From NCBI RefSeq assembly GCF_004010195.1, contig NC_057718.1, positions 50,650,747-50,682,607 on the forward strand: a DNA stretch of 31,861 bases. Direction: 5' to 3'. This document shows, one piece after another, positions 1-11,159 of the stretch (positions are counted from its first letter, which is position 1; each line of letters starts with the position of its first letter). The position numbers were made by a program, and so were the translations under genes. The stretch comes from Chiloscyllium plagiosum. Taxonomy: Eukaryota. A model generated the notes under the pieces. It saw only the letters and a program-made list of their open reading frames with translations. It did not search any database and was not told the DNA's origin.

Positions 1-2418
1 CCTAAAGTAAAACAGGTTGCCTCCATCCTTTTGCCTAAGATAAATATTGATTTTAAATATTTTATATAGATTCATAGCTTTGCTTTCACTTGAAGGTTTT
101 TAATTTATATTTATAATATTTACAAGTCTATCACTTAACCTGTAAAGAACTATTTTATGTATGCATCTAACCTCTTTAAAGACCTGAAACATATCTCCTC
201 ACAGAATTCTTTTCTCCAATTAAAACAAGTTCCATTCTGCACTATGAATTTTATTCCAAGAAGTACTTTGATAAATATTGAGGAATGAAAACAATATATA
301 CCAGCAAAAAAAATTAGCTTTAGAAAGAAATGTCATCAGAGGGTACAACAATAAAGGGAAAAAAAAAACCTGTTTTCTCTGTGGGATGCAAGTGGTTTAT
401 TGGAAATCCCAGAGGTATTTGAAAGCTAGTTTGAAAATTATGAGGAAGTAAGAAAGAATAATTATAACATGGGTAGAGTTATAACTTCATTGATAATGTT
501 TTTGAATATTTATCCACCATCAAAATAACTAACAAATGAGTTATAATACTTTAGATTCTGGGAAGAAACAATATAACCATTATAAGTACCTTTTGTTATC
601 ATCCTAGTTGATACTATTACAGGGCAAATCAGATCCCAGACTGAATCTGGCTTTATAAAGCACATTTTTTTTTGCTTTAACAGAGTGGGCTGTTGCTGAA
701 ACATAAGCACACAGTGTTGTGGATTTTGCTTTAACAAAACAGAAGTTTATTAACCAAAGAAATGAAAATAAAATGGAATAAACCAAACTCTCTATTTATA
801 GCACAAATTGAAAGACTTCTTACACAAATAGAAAAAGTATGATTCTTCTAATCCCAAAATATTTCTTTATAAATTGAAAAAAAAATGACAGTCTTTGTGT
901 AGTACCCAAAATATATTCCTGATACAGTACCCAAGAATACTTTTTGTTTAGTACCTAAGAACACCAGTGATATAGTCCTCAAAACCAGAATCCCCGTCTC
1001 TAACAGCTCAGGAGTTTTAAGTCACTCATGAGTCTAACTAACAAATTAGAATGACACGTTGCTTATTTCTGAAGCTACTATACACTTGAGCTTCAATGTA
1101 CCCAACTTTTATAACCTATTTAGGATTTAACCCAAACTTTTTGCTCCAAGACTAACACTAACTCTTTGTTCTCTAGTAATACAGTTTCACTACATTTTTC
1201 CCGTCTTGGGTGTATTGGTTCATACAGACATCTGCTTCCAAGGCCTTCACAGGACTATTCAAAACTCAAGTGAAATTTGGAAAAAAAACTTTATCTCATG
1301 TAAAGATGTTTCTCTTAAGATTCAAAATAAACCTCTCCTGACCTTGTAACTAGAGTTCATTTATCGTGTTCAGTACTGAAACCCTACCATTGAACACAAA
1401 AAGCCATGACTTCTAAAGTTAGGCCTTAGCATCTATTTTAAATGAAATCATCATGGTGACAGAAAAATTTGTAAGCTAATAATTAACTTCAGAAACAGTG
1501 AAACCAGATATTTCTCGCTAACCCAGAATCTAAGAATCTAAAGTTACAATGAAAGACATCAAAAATATATGAATGACACAGTTTACATCACACTTTGAAA
1601 AGAAGGTTCTAGTTGCGTATCTGAAATCCATGGATAAATGAACACTGAGATTGTTCTCTACGAAGATGATCCACATTCAGATGTGGACAAAACATTTTTT
1701 CAACATCAAATCACATTTCATTTCACTTCATACCAATATATGCTGCAATTTCCCTCCAGGATACCATCATCACTGAGCAGCGCTGACCTCCCAGCCTGAC
1801 CTCTTTTGCAAGGATCTCTAATCTGCACATAGGACCTAATGCTACAATGAAAGAAATTGCTAATGGGATCAAATATACCCTGATGATCTCGAAAACATTG
1901 TCTTCTCTGAGTGAGCCATGAAGGGAGATCTGCAAACAATAGGAAGGCAATAGAGAGGAAGAAGAAAATTCAGTTTAAATATGACAATAGATGTCTATTA
2001 ACTGTCATCTGCTTTTATAAATTACAATAGTAGATGTTTTAATTAACTGATTTATACAGCAAAGAAATAAATACTATCATAAATGAATTGTAATTGGAAA
2101 CATCGGCAAAAGGTCACTTTTCTATGATTTGTTGTTATTACCTAAGCAACATTATTGAGTTGCACCATGACAAGTAGAGCAATTCTAAGTTGATTAGTGT
2201 CCAATAATATGCATCTGAAACTATTGCCGGAAGGCTGTGCTTTGATTTGCACTATTGACATTATTGTTGTCCACTGACACTTTCTCAAATACCACCCTTT
2301 CAATACCATTTATTTCCATAAATATTGTGCTTGAAAGAGCAAGAGTTATCAACATTGAGACACAGAACACAATTATAGCAAGAAGCATCAATATTAATGT
2401 TAGGTCCAATAATATTAC

Positions 2419-3637
2419 TAAAAATCACACAACACCAGGTTATAGTCCAACAGGTTTATTCAGAAGCATTAGCTTTTAGAGCACTGCTCCTTCAGTTGGT
2501 TGTGGAGTAGGAACATAAGACACAGAATTTACAGCAAAAGATTACAGTATCATGCAAGTAAAATGATATATTTAACTAACTCGATTGTTGTTCAACTGTT
2601 CATCTTTTAGAATGGGTTACAGGTTTCAATTCATTAGTATGTAAATCCCAGAACTTCTTTTAAGTCACATTCTCAAGATATGTTAGGGGTTCATCAAAAA
2701 AAAAGGTGCCATCTCAACTCAGGCAATGCCTTAAAAGGTGTAAGGTCAGAATCTGTCTGTATCCCAAACTTGACTCAGACTGGTTCTATTTCCAAAATGG
2801 AATTTACAAAATATTATATGGATTGACTGCCTGCATTGACTGCCTATGTGTTGTGTATTATTTGAGCAAAATAGAATGTATCTGTAAATGTAATTCTGCA
2901 AATTCAAATTCACCCCATAAACTTATATATGTATGTGCATGCAGGAGACAGAGGGAGGGAGTGAGTGTGTGCATATGAGTATGTGTAGTTCACTGTGAGT
3001 GCATGTGAGAGAGTTTGTACATGTGCAAGCTTGGTAAAGTGTATGTGTGAGTGTGATGGTGTATAAGCCTGTGAGAGGATGCACACGTGACTGTATGTGT
3101 AGGGGGTATATGTGTACGTGTATGAGGGAGAGCATGTGTATTAGAGAGGGCCTGTGTGAATGTGTGATGATGTAAGAGTGTATGTGTATGTGTGCTTGTG
3201 TATGTGTGAGAGAGTGTATAGTGTAGTGGGGTCACCTGTACTGTGATAGAACCAGTCTGACTCAAGATTGGGATACAGACAGACTTTGACCTCACACCTT
3301 TAAGGCATTGTCTGAGCTGAGATGTCACCTTTTTTCATAAAACCTTAATTTATCTTGAGAATGTGCTTTAAAAGAAGTTCTGGGATTTATGTTTTAATGA
3401 ACCAAAACTTATAACCCATTCTAAAAGACAATCGAGTTTGTTAAATATATCATCTTACTTGCATGACACTGTATTCTTTTGCTATAAACTCTATGACATA
3501 TAGTCCTACTCCACAACCACCTGGTGAAGAAGCAGTGCTACAAAAGCCAGTGCTTCCAATAAACCTGTTGGACTATAACATGGTGTTTTGTGATTTTTAA
3601 CTTTGTCCATCCCAGTCCAACACCTGCTCCTCAACAT
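2419..3637 (+). mobile_element. Non-autonomous Penelope-like element (family A) with inverted pseudo-LTRs
   Basis: 2419-2789 is the reverse complement of about 3246-3599. The right arm extends about 37 nt further. Degenerate HHR at 3518-3552 (CAC-CTGGTGA-A-GAAGC-AGT-GCTAC-AAAAGCCA-GTG). Flanked by caataatattac (2407-2418) and caataatattgc (3638-3649). Confidence 0.85.
2925..3230. repeat. Degenerate (TG)n/(AG)n low-complexity tract inside the PLE hairpin spacer
   Basis: Continuous gtgtgt/gagaga/tatgtg runs; explains the His/Thr-rich ORFs in the track. Confidence 0.9.
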
Positions 3638-3954
3638 CAATAATATTGCAAAATGTCTGCTGTTTGGTATTTTAGCTGAATTCTAAATGTAGTTTATACA
3701 CATTTACAATTTCATAATAAATAAGAGGTTTTGTGACTTATTCTGAGCCTGAAACAGTGCATGAACTTGCAGCACCCAATTCTACACACAGAGTTTGTCA
3801 GAACCATCACTCGTCTTGTTACTTATTGAACACTGAGAAATTTGAGCTGATTAATGTACATCAACATGGAGTTGTAAAGGGTAGGTTATGTCTATCAACA
3901 TTTACGTTCTACCTTTAACATAGTAAAATGTATCAATTGAGATGCTTCACAGGA

Positions 3955-4548
3955 GCATTATCAAAGTCACAATTGACATGATATGGAGCTGTGACAAAGG
4001 TAATGTATTTCTCTTCATCCTTGTGGTCCTGTTTGCAGCCTTCAATATGACTGACTACACCATACTCCTCCAATGCCTCTTCACTGTTATCCAGCATGAT
4101 GTGACTGTCCTCACGTGGCTTTATTCTCATTTAGCTAATCGGGGTATTTAACAATGGCTCCTGTTTCTGCTCCTAAATCATCATCTCAGGTATGTGCACA
4201 AATTCTACTTATTTTGTATCTAGTGCTTCCTCTCAACAACATAATCTGAAAACATGCTTTCAAATTCCATAAGTATGTTGGTGACACCCAACTCTACCAC
4301 AATGACACTTTCTCAGCACTTGCATTATTTTGAAATTATCAGATTTCTTGTCAAAAATTCAGTATTAGATGTGTAGGAATTTCCTCTAATTAAATTTTAT
4401 AAAGACAGAAAACAAATATATTTGATATCCCTTACAAGTTTCATCTTCCCAGTAACTCCCTGGTAACTCCACTCCCTGGAAACTACATGAGGCTGAATCT
4501 GACTATTCTCAAGTGTCATCTTTGACTCCCAGGTGAGGTTCTGACCAC
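3955..4548 (+). mobile_element. L2-clade LINE, degenerate RT region
   Basis: Translates to DKGNVFLFILVVLFAAFNMTDYTILLQ (cf. LLDLSAAFDTVDHxILL), FHKYVGDTQLY at about 4265-4297 (cf. YADDTQLY), and PGNYMRLN near 4475. Confidence 0.8.
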
Positions 4549-4549
4549 A

Positions 4550-5528
4550 TAGTGCAACCGGAATCAGTGCTGGAGCCACAATTATATGCAATATATAATA
4601 ATAGCTTGGATAAGGAAAGTGAATGTACTACAGCCAAGTTTCCAGGTGACACAAAAATAGATGAGAAGGCAAGTGGTGAGCAGAACTCCGAGTCTGCAGA
4701 TGGATATATACAGGTTAAGCAAGTGGATAAAGGTTCGGCAGATGGAATGTAATGCAGGAAAGTGTCAGCTTATGCAATTTGGTATGAAGGATTGAGGAAC
4801 TAAATGTGGAGAAAAAAAAAACAGAGAAAACTACAGCAGAGATGGATTTGGGAGATGTTATGCACAAATCACAAAAAACTCGCATCAAATTTAGCAGGTA
4901 GTGGGGAAGATTGATCTTTATTTTAAAGGAAATGGAGCATAAAAATAGTGAAATCTTGCTAAAACTACAAAAGACCACAGCTAGAATAGTGTGAATAGTT
5001 TTGGGCCCCATGTCTAAGAAAAGACCTATTGATATTGGAGGCAGTCCAGAAGAGGTTGCCTCAGCTGATACCAGGTGTGGAGGAATTGTCTTTTTCGGAG
5101 AGACTGAGTAGGTTGGGCCTGTACATATTAGATATCAGAAGAATGTGGGGTGATCTTTTGAATCATACAAGGTTTTAGAAAACTTGAAAGGATAGGTGTG
5201 AAAAGGTTATTTCTGCTTATGACAGAGTCTAGACAAGAGGGCATAGTGCCAGAATAAGAAGTGGCACACTTAAAGGAAGAGGTGAAGAACAATTTCTACT
5301 CTCAGAGGGTAATAAATCTTTGGAATTCTTGACCAGAGAGGGTTTTAGGTATTGGGTTGTTAATTATATTCAGTGTTGAGACAGATAGATTTTTAATCAA
5401 TAAGGGAATCGTGGGTTATGAGGAACAGGGGAAAAGTGGAGTTGAGGGTTATTAGTTCACCCATGATCTCATTGATAGGTGGAGCAGACTCAATGTGCTA
5501 ACTGGCCTGTTTTAGGTCTGTGGTCTTA
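4550..5528 (+). mobile_element. Old 5'-truncated CR1 LINE (RT C-terminus and 3' UTR), inserted in the L2
   Basis: QPESVLEPQLYAIYNNSLDKESECTTAKFPGDTKI (cf. PQGSVLGP...KFADDTKI), followed by CR1 C-terminal remnants with many stops and frameshifts. Confidence 0.9.
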
Positions 5529-5779
5529 GCTGCGACAATAGCCAACATGGCTCAGCTGATAATGCTTCTGTATCCGAAATCAGCAAACTAACAGACCTAT
5601 TCCAGAGCTTGTAAACTGTGGATGACCCATTCAGGTGACTCAAAGCAGGTTATTAATCAACTTTCAATTCCTTCTAACACACCAAGTAAAAAGCATGAAG
5701 ATACAAATATATCTGCAGCACTGTTAAACATATTTCTAGTCCATAATGCTGTATCACACTGCTGCTATTAGCTGCTAAG

Positions 5780-5975
5780 GTTTTGTGGTTATATCATCTC
5801 TAACTTGACTATTCCTTCACAACCCTGCTGGCCTGAGCACTACCCTCTGCTTGTTATCTTCACCCATCACTGATCACCATTGATCTACAGGGACCCGTGA
5901 TTGAACAAAAATCATTATTTTCGAATCTCTCATGCCCTCACTGTCCCATCTCTGTAATGTCTTCTAGCTTTTTTT
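5780..5975 (+). mobile_element. L2 C-terminal fragment, probable continuation of 3955-4548
   Basis: atctctaacttgactattcc...gctggcct (cf. TSRLDYSNALLAGL), cacccatcac...tgatctaca (cf. PITPVLADLH), cccatctctgtaatgtcttc (cf. PYLCNLL). Heavily decayed. Confidence 0.55.
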
Positions 5976-6082
5976 GCCTGGTCTGCTCAAAACAAAATTC
6001 TGGATTACTGGTGTTTCCAGCGATGGACTTTCAAATGGCAGAAGTTACTGGAAGTAATGAATAACTTTATGCCCGTTTTTCT

Positions 6083-6311
6083 TTTCTCACAGAGAATGGT
6101 GGGTGTATGAAATGAGCTGCCAGTGGAGGTGGTGGAGGCTGGTACAATGACAGCATTTAAAAAGCATCTGGATGATATATAAATAGGAAGGGTTTAGAGG
6201 GAAATGGGCCAAATGCTGGCAAATAGGACAAGATTAGGTTAGGATATTTGGTTGGCATGGACAGGTTGGACTGAAGGGTCTGCTTCCATGCTGTATATCT
6301 CTATAACTCTA
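6083..6311 (+). mobile_element. CR1 3' end fragment
   Basis: Matches the reverse complement of 13241-13430 plus 11101-11159; ends ctctataactcta, a CR1 octamer-type tail. Confidence 0.9.
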
Positions 6312-6329
6312 CCGTTAATATGCAAGTAT

Positions 6330-6870
6330 TATGCAAAAAGTGGTAGAAATTTGGAACTCTCTTCCAGAGATGAGAATTGATATTTCTGGGTTCATAAGTT
6401 TAAATGTGGGATTGATAAGTTTTTAACATTAGAATCCCTACAGTGTGGAAACAGGCCATTTGGTCCCAAGAAATCCACACTGACCCTCCGAAAAGTAACA
6501 GACTCATTCCCCTGCATTTACTCCTGACGAATGCACCGAACACTATGGGCAATTTAGCATAGCCAATTCACCTGACCTGCACATCTTGGACTGTGTGAGA
6601 AAACTAAAGCACCGAGAGAAAACCCACATAGACACAGCAAGAATGTGCAAACTCCACACAGATGGTCACCCAAGGCAGGAATTGAACCTGGCACTGTGAG
6701 ATAGCAGTGCTAACCACTGAGCCACCCTGTCACCCCAAAGTTCTTTGTCATTGAACCATATTAAGGAATATAGGGCAATGATTTCTATATAGGTTTGGAT
6801 CATGGATGAACAAATGCCTCATTGAAAGCAGATCCACTTCCCATTGTAAATGACCTACTCATGTTTCCAT
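6330..6870 (+). mobile_element. Older CR1-like 3' end fragment, interrupted by a SINE
   Basis: caaaaagtggtagaaatttggaactctcttcca reads QKVVEIWNSLP. Resumes after the SINE with a candidate TSD aagttttt (6417-6424) / aagttctt (6738-6745). Confidence 0.65.
6428..6736 (-). mobile_element. HE1-like tRNA-derived SINE
   Basis: Minus strand: A box tggctcagtgg, B box ggttcaattcc, core tgtgtggagtttgcacattct, CR1-like tail ggcctgtttccacactgtagggattct. Confidence 0.92.
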
Positions 6871-6990
6871 AACCTGAGAGGAAAGGAAGTGCAAGTTGGG
6901 ATAGATTTGACGTCAATCACCATTGAACCAAATGCCAATTATACATGTTTCCTGAATTTCATTTTTACTTAGTTCAACCTAGACCATTTT

Positions 6991-7342
6991 ATAGAATCCC
7001 TACAGTGTGAAAGCACGCCATTCAGTCCATCATATCCATACTGACCCTCTGAAGAGCATCCTTTCCAGACCTATCCTCCTATCCTATTCCTGTAAACATG
7101 CTATTTCCCATGACCTATCCACCGAACCTACACATCCCTGGACACTATGGGACAATTAAGCATAGCCAATCTACCTAACCTTTACAGGTTTGAACTGTGG
7201 TAGGAAACCAGAGAAATCAGAGGGAACCTGAACAGACATGGGGAGAATGAACAAACTCCACACAGTCAGCCGAGGATTGAATCAAACCCAGGTCCCTGGT
7301 GCTGTGAGGCAGTGGTGCTGAACACTGAGTCACCATGCAACC
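6991..7342 (-). mobile_element. HE1-like SINE
   Basis: Colinear with 6428-6736 and 24756-25075, more diverged. Confidence 0.92.
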
Positions 7343-7770
7343 ATTAACTATCATTCAATTTGTGTTGAGAAGATAAGTGCAGGTATGTGAAGTTCAATCT
7401 TTAAATGGTTGCAATACAGGTGTGAAAAAAGTAAGCTGGGATGAGAGCAAAGAAGCAACGAATGTTGAGGGAAATAGTGTGTGATGAGAGTAGATGATGT
7501 TTGCACATGAGAGATAAAGCATGGGCATGAAAATGTGAGCATTACCTCATGATTATATGCTGAGCAATGTAGCGGACTGAATGTCTTCATTCAGAGTAGT
7601 GGAGGAAGGAGGTTAAAGATGAGTTTTGAGATATTGATGAGAAAGCTAGAAAGATATAGACGTGTTCCTTCCTTTGCTCCTCTTGGGAGATCATTGACCC
7701 TCCTTTATTTTTATCCATTGAACCAGATCATTGGAACGATAGTGAAACTGACCTTTTAGTCAGTTCTGTA

Positions 7771-7965
7771 AAAGGAATCCCTGATTTATAAACATCTGAC
7801 TTAACGAACACTCATGCTTACGAACATGATCCCCTAAAGGAGTGTAATTTTGAACATCTAAGATAAAAATGTTTCCTGTACTTACAAATGGCTATTTTGT
7901 ATTGTCTTGCATTTTATTGCAACTTGCACACAAATCAACTGAAGAACATAACGGGAGACTGCCTG
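7771..7965. mobile_element. Degenerate Tigger/pogo-like MITE
   Basis: TA on both sides (7769-7770, 7966-7967). The right end read on the minus strand is caggcagtctcccgttat; the left end aaaggaatccctgatttat is a weak match. Internal repeated (a)cttacgaac-like motifs. Confidence 0.45.
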
Positions 7966-10900
7966 TATATGTTTGCCTGACTGAGGATGCTCTTGCAGGG
8001 GCCTGTAAAGTGTGCTTTGCTTGGTCTTCACTTCTCAACGTAGCAACTCCAAGGTGATATCAAGAAAGTTAGAAACAGCCTTTCAAATCATCTCTGCAGA
8101 GGTTCACAGAGAAGTAGAAATGTGCAATCTCCATTCCTTCTAACATTTCTCAATGTGTTTATATATCCTATTATTTATCATTCAACTCTGCACATCTTGT
8201 GCAGAAATAATGCAGCAATGCCCTTAATTTAACCTTTATGTTCTACTTTAAATTTGTTAGCTTCTTCTGAATTTCCCTCAGATCTATTGAACACTCTGCC
8301 TTATTATTTTGCGTTCTTAACAAATTTGCGTCTCTCTTCGTCCAATTCAGCTCCTTTTTGTCAGTAACAGAGTTATTGTAGTCAGGTCCTGATCAGTAAA
8401 ATGAATTCTTCTTAATTTGGTCGATCACACTCATTGAAAATTTGACATTCTAACATTGGATGATGGAATTTCTTTGGCACTTGCTCTATTGTTTAGCTTG
8501 AGACTAGCTTAAAACAACATCTTCATTATTATTGACCATTATGTCTGCAGACAAGTTTGTATTCTCAGAAATGGCACATTTCCTAACTGTGAGACCTAAC
8601 AATTTCAATTTCATGTATTTTTCACGGAAATCAAATGTACATTTCGCTTCAACTAATGGAAATATGTTTAAGGAACACTGTAGTTCAAAAAAGGTTGTGT
8701 GGGACTTTTGTTATGGTGAGAGAGCTGCATGCCAATGTTACTTGCGTTATACAAAATAAATTATTACCCAACCAGTGTATAATGGTTATTGGAACATTTT
8801 TAAAGTGACATTGACAGCCAGTTTCTATTGCTTTTTGGTAGTGTTATTCCACATTCAATTACTCAGCTTCAACGAGTTACACAATTGCATGGTTTCACTC
8901 TGAACTTCCTATTTCCCTTTAGTGACATTTTTGATAGAAGATTTTGTGTAATTCATTACAGATTATTGTTAGGGATTATTCTGAACTTTGACTGATGTGG
9001 AAAACTGGCAATACCAAAATGTGCACCCATTTATTCGGTACTCAGTATTGCTTTTCATTGTTTTCAGAAGGTCATGTGTATAATGGACATCTAATCCACT
9101 GCTGCTCAATGTCTGATGTCACCAAAGTTGAAAATTACTCTTGAAGCTTAAGGGTTAATGGAATGCTTTAATATCTCTTAGTTTAGTATACATTCAGTTC
9201 CTTGGAGTTGGTTGGCACGTTTTAAAGGCATGAATCCACACATTGTTTGAATCACACACACAATGTTGCTGTAGATATGGGAGCAAAGAAAAATCATTTC
9301 CTCATTGCATTTCAATATTTAGGAGACATGCATGTGGAAATAGGTCTGTTGACAGCAAATCACTTGTGAAATTGTTTTTTCTGTTCCCGACGTTAGAATT
9401 TAACATCTGTGGCAGCAAGGCAACCACGCAAATGCAATTTTCAGGAACCTTAATATCAAAGTACATCGAGGGACTGTTTCAAGGAAGCCACTCATCAGGC
9501 TTTATGGAAGTCAAATAAAAGTGTTCTTTTGCAGCTTACACAACTATTTAAGGACATACCTCTCTTCAATGCACAATCAGCTATCAGAAATGTGTGGGGG
9601 AGATTTCCTCAGTATGCTCTGTCTACAATAGAGTATAAACCTTTTCCTTTAGGAATGTCTTTTTCATGTTAGTGCACATTAGTTCACAGAGTAAACTTTC
9701 CTTCTGCGGCCATTTATTACAATGAGGTATTTATATACAGCTGCAATCATGAGATAAATATTCAATAGCATATGAGAGTTCAGCTTTAAAGACAGTACAG
9801 ATGGTACAGATCTGGTAATACGCATGATTATTTATAATGGTATGACAGCCAGGCACATACACCCAGATTTCCTGAAGTAAAGCCAAGGTAGGAAGGCTTT
9901 TAAAAATTATGGGTGAGCTTTGATTTCAGGGTTCTTGCACCCATTGCAATTTCAGGAATTTTGTTGGCTCAGAATAAGAGTGTGTTGACAGGCTCATGTA
10001 CAGCATTCAAATTCTTGTTGATTCAGTTGCAAAATGGTCATTTCACACTCTCATGTAATTTTGATGGATTTGGACAAAGTCAATCAATAGACCTGGTTCC
10101 CAGCACCTCAGAGGACACACAAACTACAAGAGGACTTTGTCAGGAAACAAATCAAAAAGATCCATCTGACGTTCCCTTTGAATTATATTTCCTTTCTTCA
10201 CCTTTCATAAAACTGCCAAGTAATCATGCCATTCATATAATCAATGTCAAAAGGCCATTATCTATTTCACGATTGGGGAAAGGTCACTTTTCTAAAAGTT
10301 TTTGTTAATGCTGCAACATTATCGAGTTGCGGAATGACAAGCAGAGTACTATTGCATTTTTTAAAAATCTCTTCTAAAAATTGATCTTTTACAAGGTAGT
10401 AAATGCGTCTCCAGTTATCATGTCCCTCTGCATCGACAGAGACAGTCCCATGATGACAGCCAAATAGAAAACCATTCTTGGAGCTCAACCAAATATTCAA
10501 AATGAGGTTATCTGACAACTGTATGCTCGGAAACAACTCGAATTGATTGTTTTAGAATAGAAAATGATCAGAACTCTGCAGAGCACACCAGCTATGATCT
10601 AACCATTCCTTTATTTAGTTCTTATGTAAACTCCCTCCTTTTGTATTTCAGGCTTCGGATTTTGCCATCAGAGGTCAAAGTTGGAAGACAGGATTGTGTC
10701 ACAATCTCATCTGGTTGCCAGGATGTCAAGAAATCTCCTGTTGGAAGTATACTATGTGCTGGACACAGTTGTAAGATCTCAATCAGCAAGCTTGAAAGTA
10801 TCATCAGAGGTGTGATAGCCCTGGAACAGATTCACTGAAAGGGGAATGTCTGCTTCTATTTATTTTCAGAAATTTCAACGATTCCTTACCTGTACCAACA

Positions 10901-11100
10901 ACTGATCTAAAACTTCAATTGCCTGTTCTTAAAAATCCAGATCCAAGCCTCTTGTAAAATCACTGCCTGCTCAAAGTTTTATCCTTGAGCGATAGACTTC
11001 CTGTAACTTCCCTCTTCTACTGAACTCCGTGAATGATTACTTGATTCCAATGCCACAGTTAAGCCTGTAAAAATCCATTACACATCCTCTGAATTACCTT

Positions 11101-11159
11101 TATAGAGTCATAGAGTCAAAGAGATGTACAGCATGGAAACAGACCCTTTGGTTCAACCC
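11101..11159 (-). mobile_element. Displaced 3' tail of the CR1 at 13241-14867
   Basis: (atagagtc)x2 octamer tail plus gatgtacagcatggaaacagaccctttgg; continues seamlessly into 13255 once the PLE is removed. Confidence 0.9.

Noticed and set aside
901..990. CRISPR-like repeat-spacer pattern
   Set aside because: Units are too short and degenerate, the context is vertebrate, and there are no cas genes.
616..1550. Possible solo LTR
   Set aside because: Only a general resemblance; no clean TG...CA termini with a matching TSD.
2923..3328. His/Thr-rich ORFs
   Set aside because: Translation artefacts of the (TG)n tract.
5530..5615. Possible SINE head (tggctcagctgataatgc...ccagagcttg)
   Set aside because: A-box-like start only; no B box.
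10267..10536. 89-aa minus-strand ORF as a terminal coding exon
   Set aside because: No recognisable family, a mediocre acceptor, and no compatible open upstream exon.
10652..10770. Plus-strand exon after a strong acceptor (ctccctccttttgtatttcag)
   Set aside because: Weak donor, no recognisable protein and no partner exon; a non-coding exon cannot be excluded.
10890..11064. Minus-strand exon ending in a consensus donor CAG|GTAAGG
   Set aside because: All three frames contain stops from the nearest acceptor, so it is unsupported without transcript data.
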